Positions 9,647 to 18,958 of a stretch of 64,000 nt of DNA are shown piece after piece. How positions within the stretch are numbered: the stretch's first letter is position 1; each line of letters begins with the position of its first letter. Both the position numbers and the translations under genes were made by a program. Source of the stretch: an uncultured Dictyoglomota bacterium. GTDB taxonomy: Bacteria; Dictyoglomota; Dictyoglomia; Dictyoglomales; Dictyoglomaceae. Below the pieces are notes generated by a model, which was given only the letters and a program-made list of their open reading frames with translations, was not told where the DNA came from and did not search any database. The stretch covers positions 140,724-204,723 of the forward strand of contig CAZTGC010000003.1 in the NCBI GenBank assembly GCA_964612975.1, in the 5' to 3' direction.

Positions 9647-10198
9647 ATGTACAAAGAACTAAAACATAACTTTATTTATTTACTTCACCCCCTTCCTGCT
9701 TTCTTAGTGACCAGTAGAAGCAATACAGGTAAGCAAAATGTTATGGCTGCCTCCTGGATTATTCCATTAAGTATTAACCCACCTTTAGTAGTTCTTAGTC
9801 TTAGACCCGAAAGATTTACCCTTCAACTTATTAGGGAGACTAAGGAATTTGCTATAAATATCCCTCCCTATGAGCTTTCTTCGGCGACCCTTCTATGTGG
9901 TAAGATCTCGGGAAGGGATAAGGATAAATTTCAATTGGCAAAGCTTACTCCTATACCTGGAAATAAAATTAATGCACCTTTAATAAAGGAGTGTATAGCC
10001 CATATAGAATGTGCCTTAGAGGACATTGTAGATGTAAAGGGAGATCATGTATTAGTTATAGGAAAGGTAGTCTTTGCTCAAGTTGAAGAGGATAAGTTTG
10101 ATAGAATATATAACCTTCAGAATTTTAATCCTTCAATGTATTTAGGACAAGATACCTATACCACCTGCAAGGAGGCAATAAAGATAAACGTGGGGTAA
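9647..10198 (+). CDS. flavin reductase-like (split-barrel FMN-binding) protein
   Basis: The track starts at TTG 9623, but ATG 9647 follows AGGAGG (9636-9641). The NVMAASW..P.S.NPPLVVLSLRP pattern is typical of the family. Confidence 0.8.
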   Translation: MYKELKHNFIYLLHPLPAFLVTSRSNTGKQNVMAASWIIPLSINPPLVVLSLRPERFTLQLIRETKEFAINIPPYELSSATLLCGKISGRDKDKFQLAKLTPIPGNKINAPLIKECIAHIECALEDIVDVKGDHVLVIGKVVFAQVEEDKFDRIYNLQNFNPSMYLGQDTYTTCKEAIKINVG

Positions 10199-10206
10199 GG
10201 ATAAGG

Positions 10207-11325
10207 TTGGAAAAGGTAACAAAATCTTTCTCCTTAGAAAGGGAATTTACCCTTTTTAAAAGAAAAAAAGGAAGAATTTTAGAGGATCTACCTGAGATAG
10301 AAGAAAATAAGGTTTATGCATTAAGGGATGTAGATTTATTTATCCCCGAAGGGAAAACCCTTTGTGTTATTGGCCCTTCAGGATGTGGCAAAACTACCCT
10401 TTTAAAGGTTATTGCAGGATTAGAAAGATCCGATTCTGGGAATATCTACTTTAATGACCAATTGGTAAATGATCTTCCTCCAAAGGATAGAGGAATTGGA
10501 ATGGTCTTTCAGAATTATGCTTTATATCCCCATTATGAAGCTCGAGGAAATCTTTCTTTCTATTTTTGGATAAGAAAAAAACCTGAAGAGGAAATAGATG
10601 AGAGGATAAAGGAAACTGCCAAAATTTTAGGGGTTGGATTTGAGGAACTTCTTTCCAAAAAACCCAAAATCTTATCAGGGGGAGAAAAACAAAGGGTTGC
10701 TATTGGAAGATGTATTGTAAGAAATCCCACATTAATGTTAATGGATGAGCCCTTATCTAATTTAGATGCAAAATTAAGGGTTATAACAAGAACAGAGATT
10801 AAAAAATTATTGGTGAGATTTCAGGTAACAACAATTTATGTTACCCATGATCAAAGAGAAGCACAAGCCTTAGGAGATATAATCGCAGTTATGAAACAGG
10901 GGAGAATATTACAAGTGGGAACCTATGAGGAACTTATGGAAGAACCTATGGATGCTTTTACTGCTTCCTTTATTGGAATTCCTCCTATGAATCTTTTAAA
11001 GGGAGAAGTAATAAATAACAAATTTGTTTTTAAAAATATAGAAGTTCCTATCCCCTTTAATTATAATAAGAAGGAAATAATCTTAGGTTTTCATCCTTCA
11101 AAGATAGAAATTAGTAAAGAGCCAACAAATTTAACGGGAGAAATATTCTTTATAGAGAGTCTTCCTTCAGATAAACTTCAAACTATTTATGTGGAAATGG
11201 GAAATATAAACCTAAAAATTCAAATTCCAAGGGAACCTTTATTCCGAGTGGGAGACAAAGTTTATTTGAAGCTTCCTGAAAAAATTTACTTTTTTGATCC
11301 TGACACCGAAAAAAGAATTATGTGA
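10207..11325 (+). CDS. CUT1-type sugar ABC transporter ATP-binding protein (MalK/MsmK/UgpC-like)
   Basis: 372 aa with a TTG start. Walker A GPSGCGKTT, Q-loop MVFQNYALYPH, signature LSGGEKQR, Walker B LMLMDEPLSNLD, H-loop YVTHDQ, C-terminal TOBE-like domain. There is an extra roughly 25 aa before Walker A. Confidence 0.9.
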   Translation: MEKVTKSFSLEREFTLFKRKKGRILEDLPEIEENKVYALRDVDLFIPEGKTLCVIGPSGCGKTTLLKVIAGLERSDSGNIYFNDQLVNDLPPKDRGIGMVFQNYALYPHYEARGNLSFYFWIRKKPEEEIDERIKETAKILGVGFEELLSKKPKILSGGEKQRVAIGRCIVRNPTLMLMDEPLSNLDAKLRVITRTEIKKLLVRFQVTTIYVTHDQREAQALGDIIAVMKQGRILQVGTYEELMEEPMDAFTASFIGIPPMNLLKGEVINNKFVFKNIEVPIPFNYNKKEIILGFHPSKIEISKEPTNLTGEIFFIESLPSDKLQTIYVEMGNINLKIQIPREPLFRVGDKVYLKLPEKIYFFDPDTEKRIM

Positions 11326-11338
11326 TGGAGGTTAGATT

Positions 11339-12295
11339 ATGAAAAAAAGAATAATTTTGACAATGTTAGTTCTTTTTCTTCTCGTAACTCCTCTGTTCTC
11401 TTGGTCTGCCCATAAAGAGATGACAGAAATAATATTGGAACAATTTCCATGGCTAAAAAAGTACAATAATATTAAGGTTACTCCCTATAATTATACTGAT
11501 ACCTCCTTATATAATCCTTCCTATGCGATTACATATCGAGGAGAAAAAATTGGAGATAAGATTTCTGCCATTACAATCATTACAAGATATGTGGAAGAAC
11601 CTGATAGGGGAATGGATGGAAATATAAATATAAGTTCAATGCAGAAGTTAACAGGAGGTAGTTCTGGTTGGAGGCATATGTATTTTATTACCTTTCAAGG
11701 TTTATGGATCTTAGGGGAAGCTCCAAAGAGAGCTCTACATTTTTGGAATTTAGCAAGGGAAGCTTTTATGAAAGGGGATTATTATTGGGGATTTAGATTC
11801 TTTGCATATAGCCTTCATTATCTCCAAGATGTAAGTATGCCCTTTCATGCCTATCCCATGCCTTTAAAAAATGTAGTCCTTGGAATATTTAATTTAGATA
11901 AATTAATATCTCAAGGAGAAAACCACCACTACACCGTAGAAGATTACCAGGAATACCAAATAAAAAATAGAAATCCTAAGTATATAAAGGTATTAAAGGA
12001 AGCAAAACCATTAGAGGTTAATAATCCAGAAGAGTCGGCAAAAAGAGCAGCATGGATTTCTCGAGATTTCATGGGGAAATTATGGGATTTACAAATAAAA
12101 TATTATGGTCCTGAGATAAATAATAAGAAGAATTTTAAGGCAGATCCAAAACTTTTCTTCTTTGAAAATTATTCTCCCTTGAGGGAGAAATATGATAATA
12201 TTATTCTTCAGGCATTAGAATTTTGTGTAGGATGGACAAAGGGATATATAATTTTTCTTAAGGATTTTTTAGATAAAATGGGGGAAATTAAATGA
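11339..12295 (+). CDS. secreted zinc-dependent phospholipase C / P1-nuclease superfamily protein
   Basis: 318 aa. The signal peptide ends ...PLFS|WSAHKE, so the mature N-terminus is Trp, as in Bacillus cereus PC-PLC (WSAEDKH) and P1 nuclease. HYLQDVSMPFH resembles PLC HYFGDIDTPYH, and HHYTVEDY resembles HSKYENF. Confidence 0.55.
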   Translation: MKKRIILTMLVLFLLVTPLFSWSAHKEMTEIILEQFPWLKKYNNIKVTPYNYTDTSLYNPSYAITYRGEKIGDKISAITIITRYVEEPDRGMDGNINISSMQKLTGGSSGWRHMYFITFQGLWILGEAPKRALHFWNLAREAFMKGDYYWGFRFFAYSLHYLQDVSMPFHAYPMPLKNVVLGIFNLDKLISQGENHHYTVEDYQEYQIKNRNPKYIKVLKEAKPLEVNNPEESAKRAAWISRDFMGKLWDLQIKYYGPEINNKKNFKADPKLFFFENYSPLREKYDNIILQALEFCVGWTKGYIIFLKDFLDKMGEIK

Positions 12296-13434
12296 AAAAA
12301 ATAATTCTCATATTGGGACTAATTTTTATTACATTTATTATATTATATTTTTTAACAGATATTTTTACTCCCTCCATAGAGGCTAAAACTATTAAATTAG
12401 AAAAAAGAGATCTTCCCATAATAATATCTGCAACAGGAAATCTATATTTCATGAATAAAGTAGATATTTCTCCCCAAATATCAGGAGTTCTTTTAAAGTT
12501 AAAAGTAAAAGTAGGAGATAAGGTTAAAAGGGGAGATATACTCGCAGAGATAGACGCAAGGGAGATAAAAAAACAGATGGAAAACATAAAATTAATAATG
12601 GATACCATAAAGACACAGGAAACCCTTCAGAATCAAATGAAAATTTTAGGGTCTTTTTTTGGATTTTCCCAAAATAATCCCCAAGGTGATACAAATTCCT
12701 TTGAAGGTTTAAAAAATCTTCTGTCTTCCTATTATGAAAATCTTAAAAATATGTATGAAAACAGATTTGTTAAATCTCCAATCTCAGGAATAGTAGTAAA
12801 TATTAATATAGAAGAAGGGCAAATTGTTAAAGAGCAATCCCAATTTAATTTAAATCTCCAAAATTTAAGTCCTTTAAACATTTTTTCCCTTTTAAATCCT
12901 TTCTCATCTTCTCCTTCAAATTCATTAATGACAATTGTAGATACAGATTCCTTGGTGGCTGACATTAGAGTTGATGAATCCAATGTGCTTAAAATAAAAG
13001 AGGGACAGAAAGCAGAAGTTAAAGTAGATGCTTTGGGAGAGAAGATATGGGAGGGAAGGGTTAAAAGTATAGCCTTCTCTCCCTCCCTAAGTAAAGATGG
13101 AAGCTATGGATATAATGTTAAAGTATCTGTTCCATCCTTGGGGGATAAAGTAAAAGAGGGAATGTCCGTTTCCACAAATATTCATGTGGGTATTAAGAAA
13201 AATGCCTTTGTTATTCCTATGAATTCTGTTGTCTTTAAAGAAGGAAAAAACTTTGTCTTTATTGTAAATGACAAACATGCATTAGAAAAAGAAGTCTTTT
13301 TAGGAGATATTTATGGAGCTATGATTGAAATTGTAAAGGGATTAAAGGAAAATGATATAGTTATTCTATCTCCATCAAATAAGATAAAGAATGGGAGTAG
13401 GGTAAAGATAATTGAGGATTTTAGAGAGTTTTAA
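12292..13434 (+). CDS. periplasmic adaptor subunit (HlyD/MacA-like membrane fusion protein)
   Basis: 380 aa. N-terminal TM anchor, lipoyl-like VKVGDKVKRGDILAEID hairpin, coiled-coil middle, beta-barrel C-terminus. 4-nt overlap with the upstream gene. Confidence 0.8.
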   Translation: MKKIILILGLIFITFIILYFLTDIFTPSIEAKTIKLEKRDLPIIISATGNLYFMNKVDISPQISGVLLKLKVKVGDKVKRGDILAEIDAREIKKQMENIKLIMDTIKTQETLQNQMKILGSFFGFSQNNPQGDTNSFEGLKNLLSSYYENLKNMYENRFVKSPISGIVVNINIEEGQIVKEQSQFNLNLQNLSPLNIFSLLNPFSSSPSNSLMTIVDTDSLVADIRVDESNVLKIKEGQKAEVKVDALGEKIWEGRVKSIAFSPSLSKDGSYGYNVKVSVPSLGDKVKEGMSVSTNIHVGIKKNAFVIPMNSVVFKEGKNFVFIVNDKHALEKEVFLGDIYGAMIEIVKGLKENDIVILSPSNKIKNGSRVKIIEDFREF

Positions 13435-14644
13435 ATCTTCTTTTTATTATTTAAAAGTTAGCAAACTTAGATCTTTCCTTACTATTCTTGGAATAATAAT
13501 TGGAGTTTTTACAGTAATCCTTTTAATTTCTATTGGACAAGGGGCAAAAAATAGAGTAACTCAGGTAATGCAGGAATTAGGAGGTAATACCCTTTTAATA
13601 TTTCCCTCTAATATAGAAACTAATGGAGATTTTAATACCTTAAGGGAGGAAGCCCAGAGGAGAAGAAACAGAGGTATTCCCCAATTATTTAATTACAGTG
13701 ATCTTCTTTATTTAAGAAGAATCTTTAGGGATGAAATTTTAATATCTTCCATGGCTAATTTCTCGCCATCTGTAAAATATAAATTTGTAGAAATAAATGC
13801 CCAAGTGATGGGAACAGATAATGAAGGACTTATAATATCAAAGGAAGGATTTCTATCTGGAAGATTTTTTACAGAAACTGAAATAAAAAACAGGGAAAAG
13901 GTATGTATTGTGGGTCCAAAGATAGCAAGAGAGATTGCAGAAAATTATGAGCAAGCAGTAAATAAATTCTTAGATATTGGAGGACAAAATTATAGAATAA
14001 TTGGAGTTTTAAGAGAAAGGGGATTTACTTCCTCAAGTTATGAAGATCAAGATAGAAGAATAATAATTCCTATCACAACCCTTTTTTCTATTAAAGGAGA
14101 TCAAAATTTAAATATAATTGCTGTCCAAGTGAAAAACCCTGAGGCTTTAGAAATTTATCGCTATAAGTTAATATTCGCATTGAAGCAAAGGAGAGGAAAA
14201 ACCAATTTTGTTGTTGCAAGACAGGAGGATCTTCTTTCTGCTATGAAGGAGATATTAAATATTTTGACCCTTACTTTGGCTGGAATTGCAGGTGTATCCC
14301 TTGTAGTGGGTGGAATTGGAATAATGAATATCATGTTGGTTTCTGTTATGGAGAGAATAAAGGAGATAGGTATAAGAAAGGCTGTAGGAGCAAAAAGGCG
14401 AGATATATTAATCCAATTTCTTGTGGAATCTTCTATTCTTAGTATTTTTGGGGGAATAATTGGGATAATATTAGCCTTAATTTCTGGCAAAATTATTGTT
14501 AATTTTGGCATACCTTTTTCTATAAATTTCAATATATTAATCTTAGGATTTTTATTTTCCCTCTCCATAGGATTAATATTTGGAGTTTGGCCTGCCGTAA
14601 GGGCTGCAAGTTTAGATCCTATCCAAGCTTTAAGATCTGAATAA
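13412..14644 (+). CDS. MacB/LolCE-type ABC transporter permease (MacB_PCD + FtsX)
   Basis: 410 aa with a TTG start. N-terminal KLRSFLTILGIIIGV, a large external domain and a C-terminal FtsX four-helix region ending PA.RAA.LDPI.ALR.E. Confidence 0.85.
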   Translation: MRILESFKSSFYYLKVSKLRSFLTILGIIIGVFTVILLISIGQGAKNRVTQVMQELGGNTLLIFPSNIETNGDFNTLREEAQRRRNRGIPQLFNYSDLLYLRRIFRDEILISSMANFSPSVKYKFVEINAQVMGTDNEGLIISKEGFLSGRFFTETEIKNREKVCIVGPKIAREIAENYEQAVNKFLDIGGQNYRIIGVLRERGFTSSSYEDQDRRIIIPITTLFSIKGDQNLNIIAVQVKNPEALEIYRYKLIFALKQRRGKTNFVVARQEDLLSAMKEILNILTLTLAGIAGVSLVVGGIGIMNIMLVSVMERIKEIGIRKAVGAKRRDILIQFLVESSILSIFGGIIGIILALISGKIIVNFGIPFSINFNILILGFLFSLSIGLIFGVWPAVRAASLDPIQALRSE

Positions 14645-14671
14645 AAATCTTCTGGTAGAATTTTAAAAATC

Positions 14672-14700
14672 TTGACATAAATCTTTTAATTTTATAAAAT
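14672..14700 (+). promoter_or_regulatory. sigma-70-type promoter for the DUF2089 pair
   Basis: TTGACA (14672-14677), 17-nt spacer, TAAAAT (14695-14700), about 37 nt upstream of ATG 14738. Confidence 0.6.
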
Positions 14701-14737
14701 TAATTTTGTAAAATTGTAAAAAGGAGATTCAAAATTT

Positions 14738-15103
14738 ATGGCACATTATTTACCAAGATGTCCCATATGTGGAAAGGAAATGGTAATCACAAGATTAAAA
14801 TGTAATTCCTGTGGAATTACATTAGAGGGAGAATTTTTAGCTAACAAATTGGCATCTCTAAATTCTGAAGAACAGGAATTCTTGGAATTGTTTTTAAGAA
14901 CCCGAGGAAATGTTAAAGAAATGGAGAGAATACTGAAAATTTCTTATCCAACCGTTAGAGCTAAATTAGATAATATCTTAAGATCTATTGGATTAATACC
15001 CGTTGATGAGGAGGAAGAAAAAACAAGAACACGAGAAATTATTGACAAATTAGAAAGAGGAGAAATTAGTGTTCAAGATGCTTTAAAACTCTTAGAGGAA
15101 TGA
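14738..15103 (+). CDS. DUF2089 family protein (zinc ribbon + HTH)
   Basis: 121 aa. CPICGKEM...CNSCG zinc ribbon followed by LFLRTRGNVKEMERILKISYPTVRAKLDNI, which matches the DUF2089 consensus as I remember it. Confidence 0.75.
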   Translation: MAHYLPRCPICGKEMVITRLKCNSCGITLEGEFLANKLASLNSEEQEFLELFLRTRGNVKEMERILKISYPTVRAKLDNILRSIGLIPVDEEEEKTRTREIIDKLERGEISVQDALKLLEE

Positions 15104-15125
15104 AAAAAAGAGGAGGTTACTTAAA

Positions 15126-15662
15126 ATGTCCCTTCGAGCTCTTCTGGGAATATTTTTAATCATTTTAGGTGTATCCTTAATTGCCAAATATTTTGGATAT
15201 CCAATATTGGGAGAGCTGTGGAAATTTTGGCCCCTTATTTTTGTATATATCGGTTTTAGACTTCTTTATGGTTATTACAAAAGAGAAAATCTTCTGAGGA
15301 GGAGAAAAAAGATGAGGGAGGAGAGGTTTCGAATATTAAAACTCGTGGAGGAGGGAAAGGTAAAAGCAGAAGAAGCAGAGGAATTATTAAAAAAGATAGA
15401 TGAAAATTTAGAAAGGGAAAAGAGATTTTTAAGGGTAAATGTTGTAGAAAATGGTAAGACAAAAGTGAATATAACGTTTCCTTTATCATTGTTGAGATGG
15501 GGATTAAAATTAGCAAGGGAATATGGAGAGAAATATGGAAACAAAATAGATCTATCTCCAGAGGAAATTGAAGCAATTATAAATGATCCAGATTTTAAAG
15601 GGAAAATTGTAGATATCAATTTGGAAGAAGAAAATACTCAGGTTTTAGTTGAGATAGTTTAA
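15126..15662 (+). CDS. membrane protein with SHOCT-like helical motif
   Basis: 178 aa. Two N-terminal TM segments, then ILKLVEEGKVKAEEAEELLKKI (SHOCT-like) and a soluble C-terminal domain. Strong SD. Confidence 0.5.
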   Translation: MSLRALLGIFLIILGVSLIAKYFGYPILGELWKFWPLIFVYIGFRLLYGYYKRENLLRRRKKMREERFRILKLVEEGKVKAEEAEELLKKIDENLEREKRFLRVNVVENGKTKVNITFPLSLLRWGLKLAREYGEKYGNKIDLSPEEIEAIINDPDFKGKIVDINLEEENTQVLVEIV

Positions 15663-15665
15663 TGG

Positions 15666-15685
15666 GGGGAGAAGAGGTTCTCCCC
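15666..15685. terminator. hairpin between convergent genes
   Basis: GGGGAGAA-gagg-TTCTCCCC, an 8-bp GC-rich stem followed by TAAATTTTT. Confidence 0.6.
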
Positions 15686-16413
15686 TAAATTTTTATTATT
15701 TCATACCTACCCCAAACTCCTAAATTTTCTCCTATAATTACTATTACCTCGTGAACTTCAGAAAACCCCTTTGCGTATTCAATCCCTAACTCTATATCCT
15801 CGGGCTTTTGGATCATATTTCCCACCGCTGTTGCTAAAGCATCAGCAAAAATTGTGTAATTAGAGATAACTACTACTGCATCTGCCCTCCCAAAACTTAG
15901 AGAGGGGCCTACAGTGCCCGAAGAAGTACATATGCCTAAATATTTGGAGGGGGGAATTAAGATTCCCAATTTGTTACTCCATATAGATTCTCCTGCAAAA
16001 ATAGATACTATTCTTTCCTTTTTACTACTCAAAAATATATCTCCTCCATTTTCGATTATTATTTGAGGAGAAAATTTCAGCAAATCCCTTCCTACAAATT
16101 CTGCAATAGCTCCTGCTACTCCTGCCATGGGGCCAACTCCTGCTTTCCTCGCCCATTGAGACATCTCCTTTACAATTTTAGGGGCAGATGGTGGGACATC
16201 ATGAGGTTCTAAGGTTATATTAAATAAAGGATCTTCCTTTATATATTTCTCTATTTGATTTCTATAATATTCTAAAATCTTCCTTGCTTCTTTTTCCAAA
16301 TCTCTTTCTGCAAAAATATAGAGGTCGCTTTCCTTAATCTTTACAGGAAATCCTATAAGATCATCAGCTTTCATATATCTTCTATATTCTCTTTTTACGT
16401 ATTTATTTGACAT
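15685..16413 (-). CDS. UPF0280 (ApbE-like) family protein
   Basis: 242 aa. VGPMAGVAGAIAE, ENGGDIF, TSSGTVGPSLSFGRADAV and ADALATAVGN blocks typical of UPF0280. Confidence 0.75.
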   Translation of the reverse strand: MSNKYVKREYRRYMKADDLIGFPVKIKESDLYIFAERDLEKEARKILEYYRNQIEKYIKEDPLFNITLEPHDVPPSAPKIVKEMSQWARKAGVGPMAGVAGAIAEFVGRDLLKFSPQIIIENGGDIFLSSKKERIVSIFAGESIWSNKLGILIPPSKYLGICTSSGTVGPSLSFGRADAVVVISNYTIFADALATAVGNMIQKPEDIELGIEYAKGFSEVHEVIVIIGENLGVWGRYEIIKI

Positions 16414-16493
16414 TTTGGATTTACAGTAATAAAATTACTATCGTTCTTATGTATTATATAGAAAAGAGGTGCAGTTTAAAATAAACTAATTTT

Positions 16494-17849
16494 ATGAATA
16501 TTTTAGATCAAGGAATATTTCCCATCCAGAGAAATAATCCTGCATGGTTTTTTATTCGTAGCTTTATAATTGTAATTCTTACTGGTACTTTCCTTTTAAT
16601 GTTACCAATATCATCCAATAGTGGAAGATTTACTGATCCTCTAACCGCCTTATTTACTGCCACTTCTGCCACCTGTGTTACAGGTCTTGTGGTTGTAGAT
16701 ACAGGAATCTATTGGTCTCATTTTGGACATTTAGTTATTATGGGATTAATCCAGATTGGAGGACTAAGCTACATAGTTCTCGTAACTTCTTTAATGGTTC
16801 TTTTAAATAAGAAAATTCCTTTAAGAGATCGAATAATGCTTCAATTCTCCTTAAATACTTTATCTATAAGGGGAATAATTGGCTTTTTAAAGGGAGTTTT
16901 ATTAACGGTTTTTATATTTGAAGGAATTGGAGCACTTTCTTTATTTACCATATTTATTAGAGAGTATCCCTTTTTAAAAGCAGTAAAATTTGCAATTTTT
17001 CATTCTATATCTGCCTTTTGTAATGCAGGATTTGATCTTCTTGGAGGATTCAAAAGTTTCACCCAATATGTAAATCATCTTCAATTAAATCTTACCATAA
17101 CTTCATTAATAATAATAGGTGGGCTTGGTTTTTTTGTCATATATGATATTTATCAAAAAGTTACTAATAAAAAAAACCATTTATCCCTTCATTCTAAAGC
17201 AGCTTTGTTTATCACTTTGTTTTTAATTATTTTGGGAACAATTTTAATCCTTGTTTTAGAATATAATAATGTTCTAAAACCCCTCCCTTGGAAAGGGAAA
17301 TTATTAGGCTCTTATTTCCAAAGTGTAACAACAAGGACTGCTGGATTTAACACTTTAAACATTGGAGAGATGAGACCTGCTACATCGTTGCTTTTAATTA
17401 TGCTGATGTTTATTGGTGCATCTCCGGGAGGAACAGGGGGAGGGATAAAAACTGTCACTTTTTTAATCCTTTTATTAAGTGTATTTGCAATTATCTTAGA
17501 AAGAAAACATGTACATTTCAAAAATAGAAGTCTCAATTGGGAAACTGTAAAAAGAGCATGGGCAGTATTTTTCTTCTCCTTAGGTTTAGTCCTAAGCTCT
17601 TGGTTTACATTACTTTTAATAGAACCCTTTGAATCCTTAAAAATACTATTTGAAGTTGTATCTGCCTTTGGAACGGTGGGGCTATCTACGGGAATAACTC
17701 CACAACTTTCTTCTTTTGGTAGAATCGTAATTATTTTAACTATGTTTTTGGGAAGAATAGGGACTGTAACCGCAGGCTTCGCTCTTCTTTCTTCAATAAA
17801 CCATAAAAAATTAATAGACTATCCTACGGAGGAGGTGAGTGTGGGATAA
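16494..17849 (+). CDS. TrkH/KtrB-family potassium transporter membrane subunit
   Basis: 451 aa. Multiple TM segments with repeated selectivity-filter-like motifs (ATCVTGL, CNAGFD, RTAGFN, GTVGLS). Confidence 0.9.
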   Translation: MNILDQGIFPIQRNNPAWFFIRSFIIVILTGTFLLMLPISSNSGRFTDPLTALFTATSATCVTGLVVVDTGIYWSHFGHLVIMGLIQIGGLSYIVLVTSLMVLLNKKIPLRDRIMLQFSLNTLSIRGIIGFLKGVLLTVFIFEGIGALSLFTIFIREYPFLKAVKFAIFHSISAFCNAGFDLLGGFKSFTQYVNHLQLNLTITSLIIIGGLGFFVIYDIYQKVTNKKNHLSLHSKAALFITLFLIILGTILILVLEYNNVLKPLPWKGKLLGSYFQSVTTRTAGFNTLNIGEMRPATSLLLIMLMFIGASPGGTGGGIKTVTFLILLLSVFAIILERKHVHFKNRSLNWETVKRAWAVFFFSLGLVLSSWFTLLLIEPFESLKILFEVVSAFGTVGLSTGITPQLSSFGRIVIILTMFLGRIGTVTAGFALLSSINHKKLIDYPTEEVSVG

Positions 17850-18548
17850 ATGAGATCTCTATTTTATAAAATGGGTCTTACAAAGGAAAGATTTTATCAG
17901 TTTACTGTAATTGGATTAGGTAGGTTTGGTACTTCTGTTGCAATAACATTGGAAAGACTTGGATATCCTGTCTTAGCTATTGATAAGGATGAGAAAAAGG
18001 TAGAAGAACTAAAGGATTATGTATCCTTTGCAAAGGTTGCTGATTCAACAAATATTAATGCTCTTAGAGATGCAGGTGTTCAGAACTCAGATGTAGCAAT
18101 TATTGCTATAGCCAATGATATTCAATCTTCGGTTCTATCAACCCTATTGGTAAAAGAGTTAGGAGTAAAATATGTAGCTGCAAAAGCTGTAAATGATGCC
18201 CATGGAAAGATATTAGAAAAAATTGGTGCAGATTTAGTGGTACTTCCCGAAAAAGAAAGTGGAGAACTTCTTGCTCAAAGATTAGTGGTTCCTAATATGA
18301 TTGATTTGATGGAGCTCTCTGCTGATGTAAAAATCTTTGAAGTAAAAACAAGTCCTCATCTTGTAGGAAAGACTTTGGAAGATTTACAATTAAGGAGAAA
18401 ATACGATCTTAATATTTTAGCAATTAATCGGGGTGGAAATATAATTTATAATCCCCACCCCGATAAAAAAATAGAAGCAGATGATATTCTTTATATAGTA
18501 GGGACCTTAGATGCTTTGAATAAACTTCTTATGGTAGAAAACATTTAA
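17850..18548 (+). CDS. TrkA/KtrA-family potassium uptake regulatory subunit (RCK N + C)
   Basis: 232 aa. VIGLGRFGTSVA Rossmann motif and a C-terminal TrkA_C domain. The start abuts the ktrB-like stop. Confidence 0.9.
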   Translation: MRSLFYKMGLTKERFYQFTVIGLGRFGTSVAITLERLGYPVLAIDKDEKKVEELKDYVSFAKVADSTNINALRDAGVQNSDVAIIAIANDIQSSVLSTLLVKELGVKYVAAKAVNDAHGKILEKIGADLVVLPEKESGELLAQRLVVPNMIDLMELSADVKIFEVKTSPHLVGKTLEDLQLRRKYDLNILAINRGGNIIYNPHPDKKIEADDILYIVGTLDALNKLLMVENI

Positions 18549-18958
18549 ACTATTAATTTTATCTCCATAGCCTTATAGGGACATATATCTACACAAATAC
18601 CACAAGCAGTGCATTTTTGAGGCTCAAATTTTACTAAATATGTTTCTTCATCTCTTTGTAATGCCTTTGTAGGACAATAACTAACACAATAGAGACAGTG
18701 GGTACATCTTGTCTCATCCCATATTACATCCTGTGATAGAGGTTGAATCTTTACTTCTAATTCCTTTAAATATTGTACCCCTTTTTGAAAATTCTCTTCC
18801 TCTCCAGTAATTTCCAAGACCATAACTCCCTCTTCATCAGGGGTTATAGTTGCTTTTAATATATTGAAATCTAAATCAAATTTCCGGACCAGATTAACTA
18901 TTACTGGCTTATCCGCTAAATGTTTTGGAAAATGTAAAACTAACCTTTCAGTTCTCAT
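18545..18958 (-). CDS. NIL domain + 2x[4Fe-4S] ferredoxin domain protein
   Basis: 137 aa. N-terminal NIL-like domain (PVIVNLVRKFDLDFNILKA) followed by CTHCLYCVSYCP and CTACGICVDICP clusters. 4-nt overlap with the upstream gene. Confidence 0.8.
   Translation of the reverse strand: MRTERLVLHFPKHLADKPVIVNLVRKFDLDFNILKATITPDEEGVMVLEITGEEENFQKGVQYLKELEVKIQPLSQDVIWDETRCTHCLYCVSYCPTKALQRDEETYLVKFEPQKCTACGICVDICPYKAMEIKLIV

Noticed and set aside
16414-16493. c-di-AMP (ydaO/kimA-type) riboswitch upstream of the K+ transporter genes.
   Set aside because: The gap is only 80 nt, too short for that class, and I saw no matching conserved segments.
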